Shown piece after piece: positions 63,696 through 64,000 of a stretch of DNA of 64,000 nucleotides. The position numbers and the translations under genes were made by a program. The stretch covers positions 710,132 to 774,131 of the forward strand of contig CBDEGR010000002.1 in the NCBI GenBank assembly GCA_965237895.1. Reading direction: 5' to 3'. This stretch comes from Terriglobia bacterium. Its GTDB lineage: Bacteria; Acidobacteriota; Terriglobia; UBA7540; JAPUME01. Under the pieces are notes generated by a model. That model searched no databases, was not told the DNA's origin, and was given only the letters and a program-made list of their open reading frames with translations. Positions within the stretch are counted from its first letter, which is position 1, and each line of letters starts with the position of its first letter.

Positions 63696-64000
63696 ATGTC
63701 ACGAGCCTACCTGCAATGCATCGACGAGGAGTGCGGCCGGCCGCTGGAGTCGGACCAGGACACCTTCGCCTGTCCGAAGTGCGGCGGGCTGGTCGAGGTC
63801 CGTTATAAATTTGAGCAGATGGACGCCGAGAAAGTCCGCACCGAATGGCACCAGCGGCGACTGAGCGGCGAACCCATCGACCGCAGCGGCGTCTGGCGTT
63901 TCCGTGAGCTGTTGCCTTTTCTGGAGGAAAGCACCCGGATTATTTCGCTTTCCGAAGGCAATACGCCGCTGGTCGGTGCGCGGCGCACCGGTTGGTGGGC
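63696..64000 (+). CDS. thrC: threonine synthase, N-terminal part (3' end outside window)
   Basis: My own translation from the ATG at 63696 gives MSRAYLQCIDEECGRPLESDQDTFACPKCGGLVEVRYKF...SGVWRFRELLPF...ISLSEGNTPLV. The frame stays open to the window end, so it is absent from the ORF track. Confidence 0.85.
   Translation, partial: MSRAYLQCIDEECGRPLESDQDTFACPKCGGLVEVRYKFEQMDAEKVRTEWHQRRLSGEPIDRSGVWRFRELLPFLEESTRIISLSEGNTPLVGARRTGWW

Overview
High-GC (roughly 60%) bacterial chromosomal segment, densely coding and mostly housekeeping. No database search was possible, so every family call rests on motif recognition in the supplied translations. Recognisable genes: rpoC (3' part), gatCA, etfBA plus ETF-ubiquinone oxidoreductase, coaE, folD, nrdR, aroA, RNase P RNA, ligA, class II ribonucleotide reductase (nrdJ) with tandem NrdR boxes, carD, thiE, a TCA block (acnA, icd, mdh), a polyamine operon (pdaD, deoxyhypusine-synthase-like, speB), asnB with GT39 and GT2 envelope genes, a LysR regulator, aspartate kinase and thrC (5' part). 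There are also many secreted or repeat proteins (NHL, PD40, TPR, BON, M28, PhoD-like, sulfatase). No rRNA, tRNA, CRISPR array, transposase or integrase was seen. Gene content resembles Acidobacteriota-type genomes, but that cannot be confirmed without a search. Main observations: (1) a visibly lower-GC ~1.8 kb single-gene insertion sits exactly between icd and mdh. It encodes a TPR protein with a C-terminal HEPN-like Rx4H motif and is interrupted by one in-frame TGA; it is the best candidate here for a defence or toxin-type accessory element. (2) About ten genes are disrupted by frameshifts (mostly in homopolymer runs), in-frame stops or truncation junctions. (3) Two unusual tandem repeats: a 19-bp x4 repeat spanning the pdaD stop and the ribosome-binding site/start of the next gene, and a coding (GTGGAA)8 Val-Glu repeat inside a lipid kinase. 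Most long antisense ORFs in the track are high-GC shadow ORFs and were rejected.
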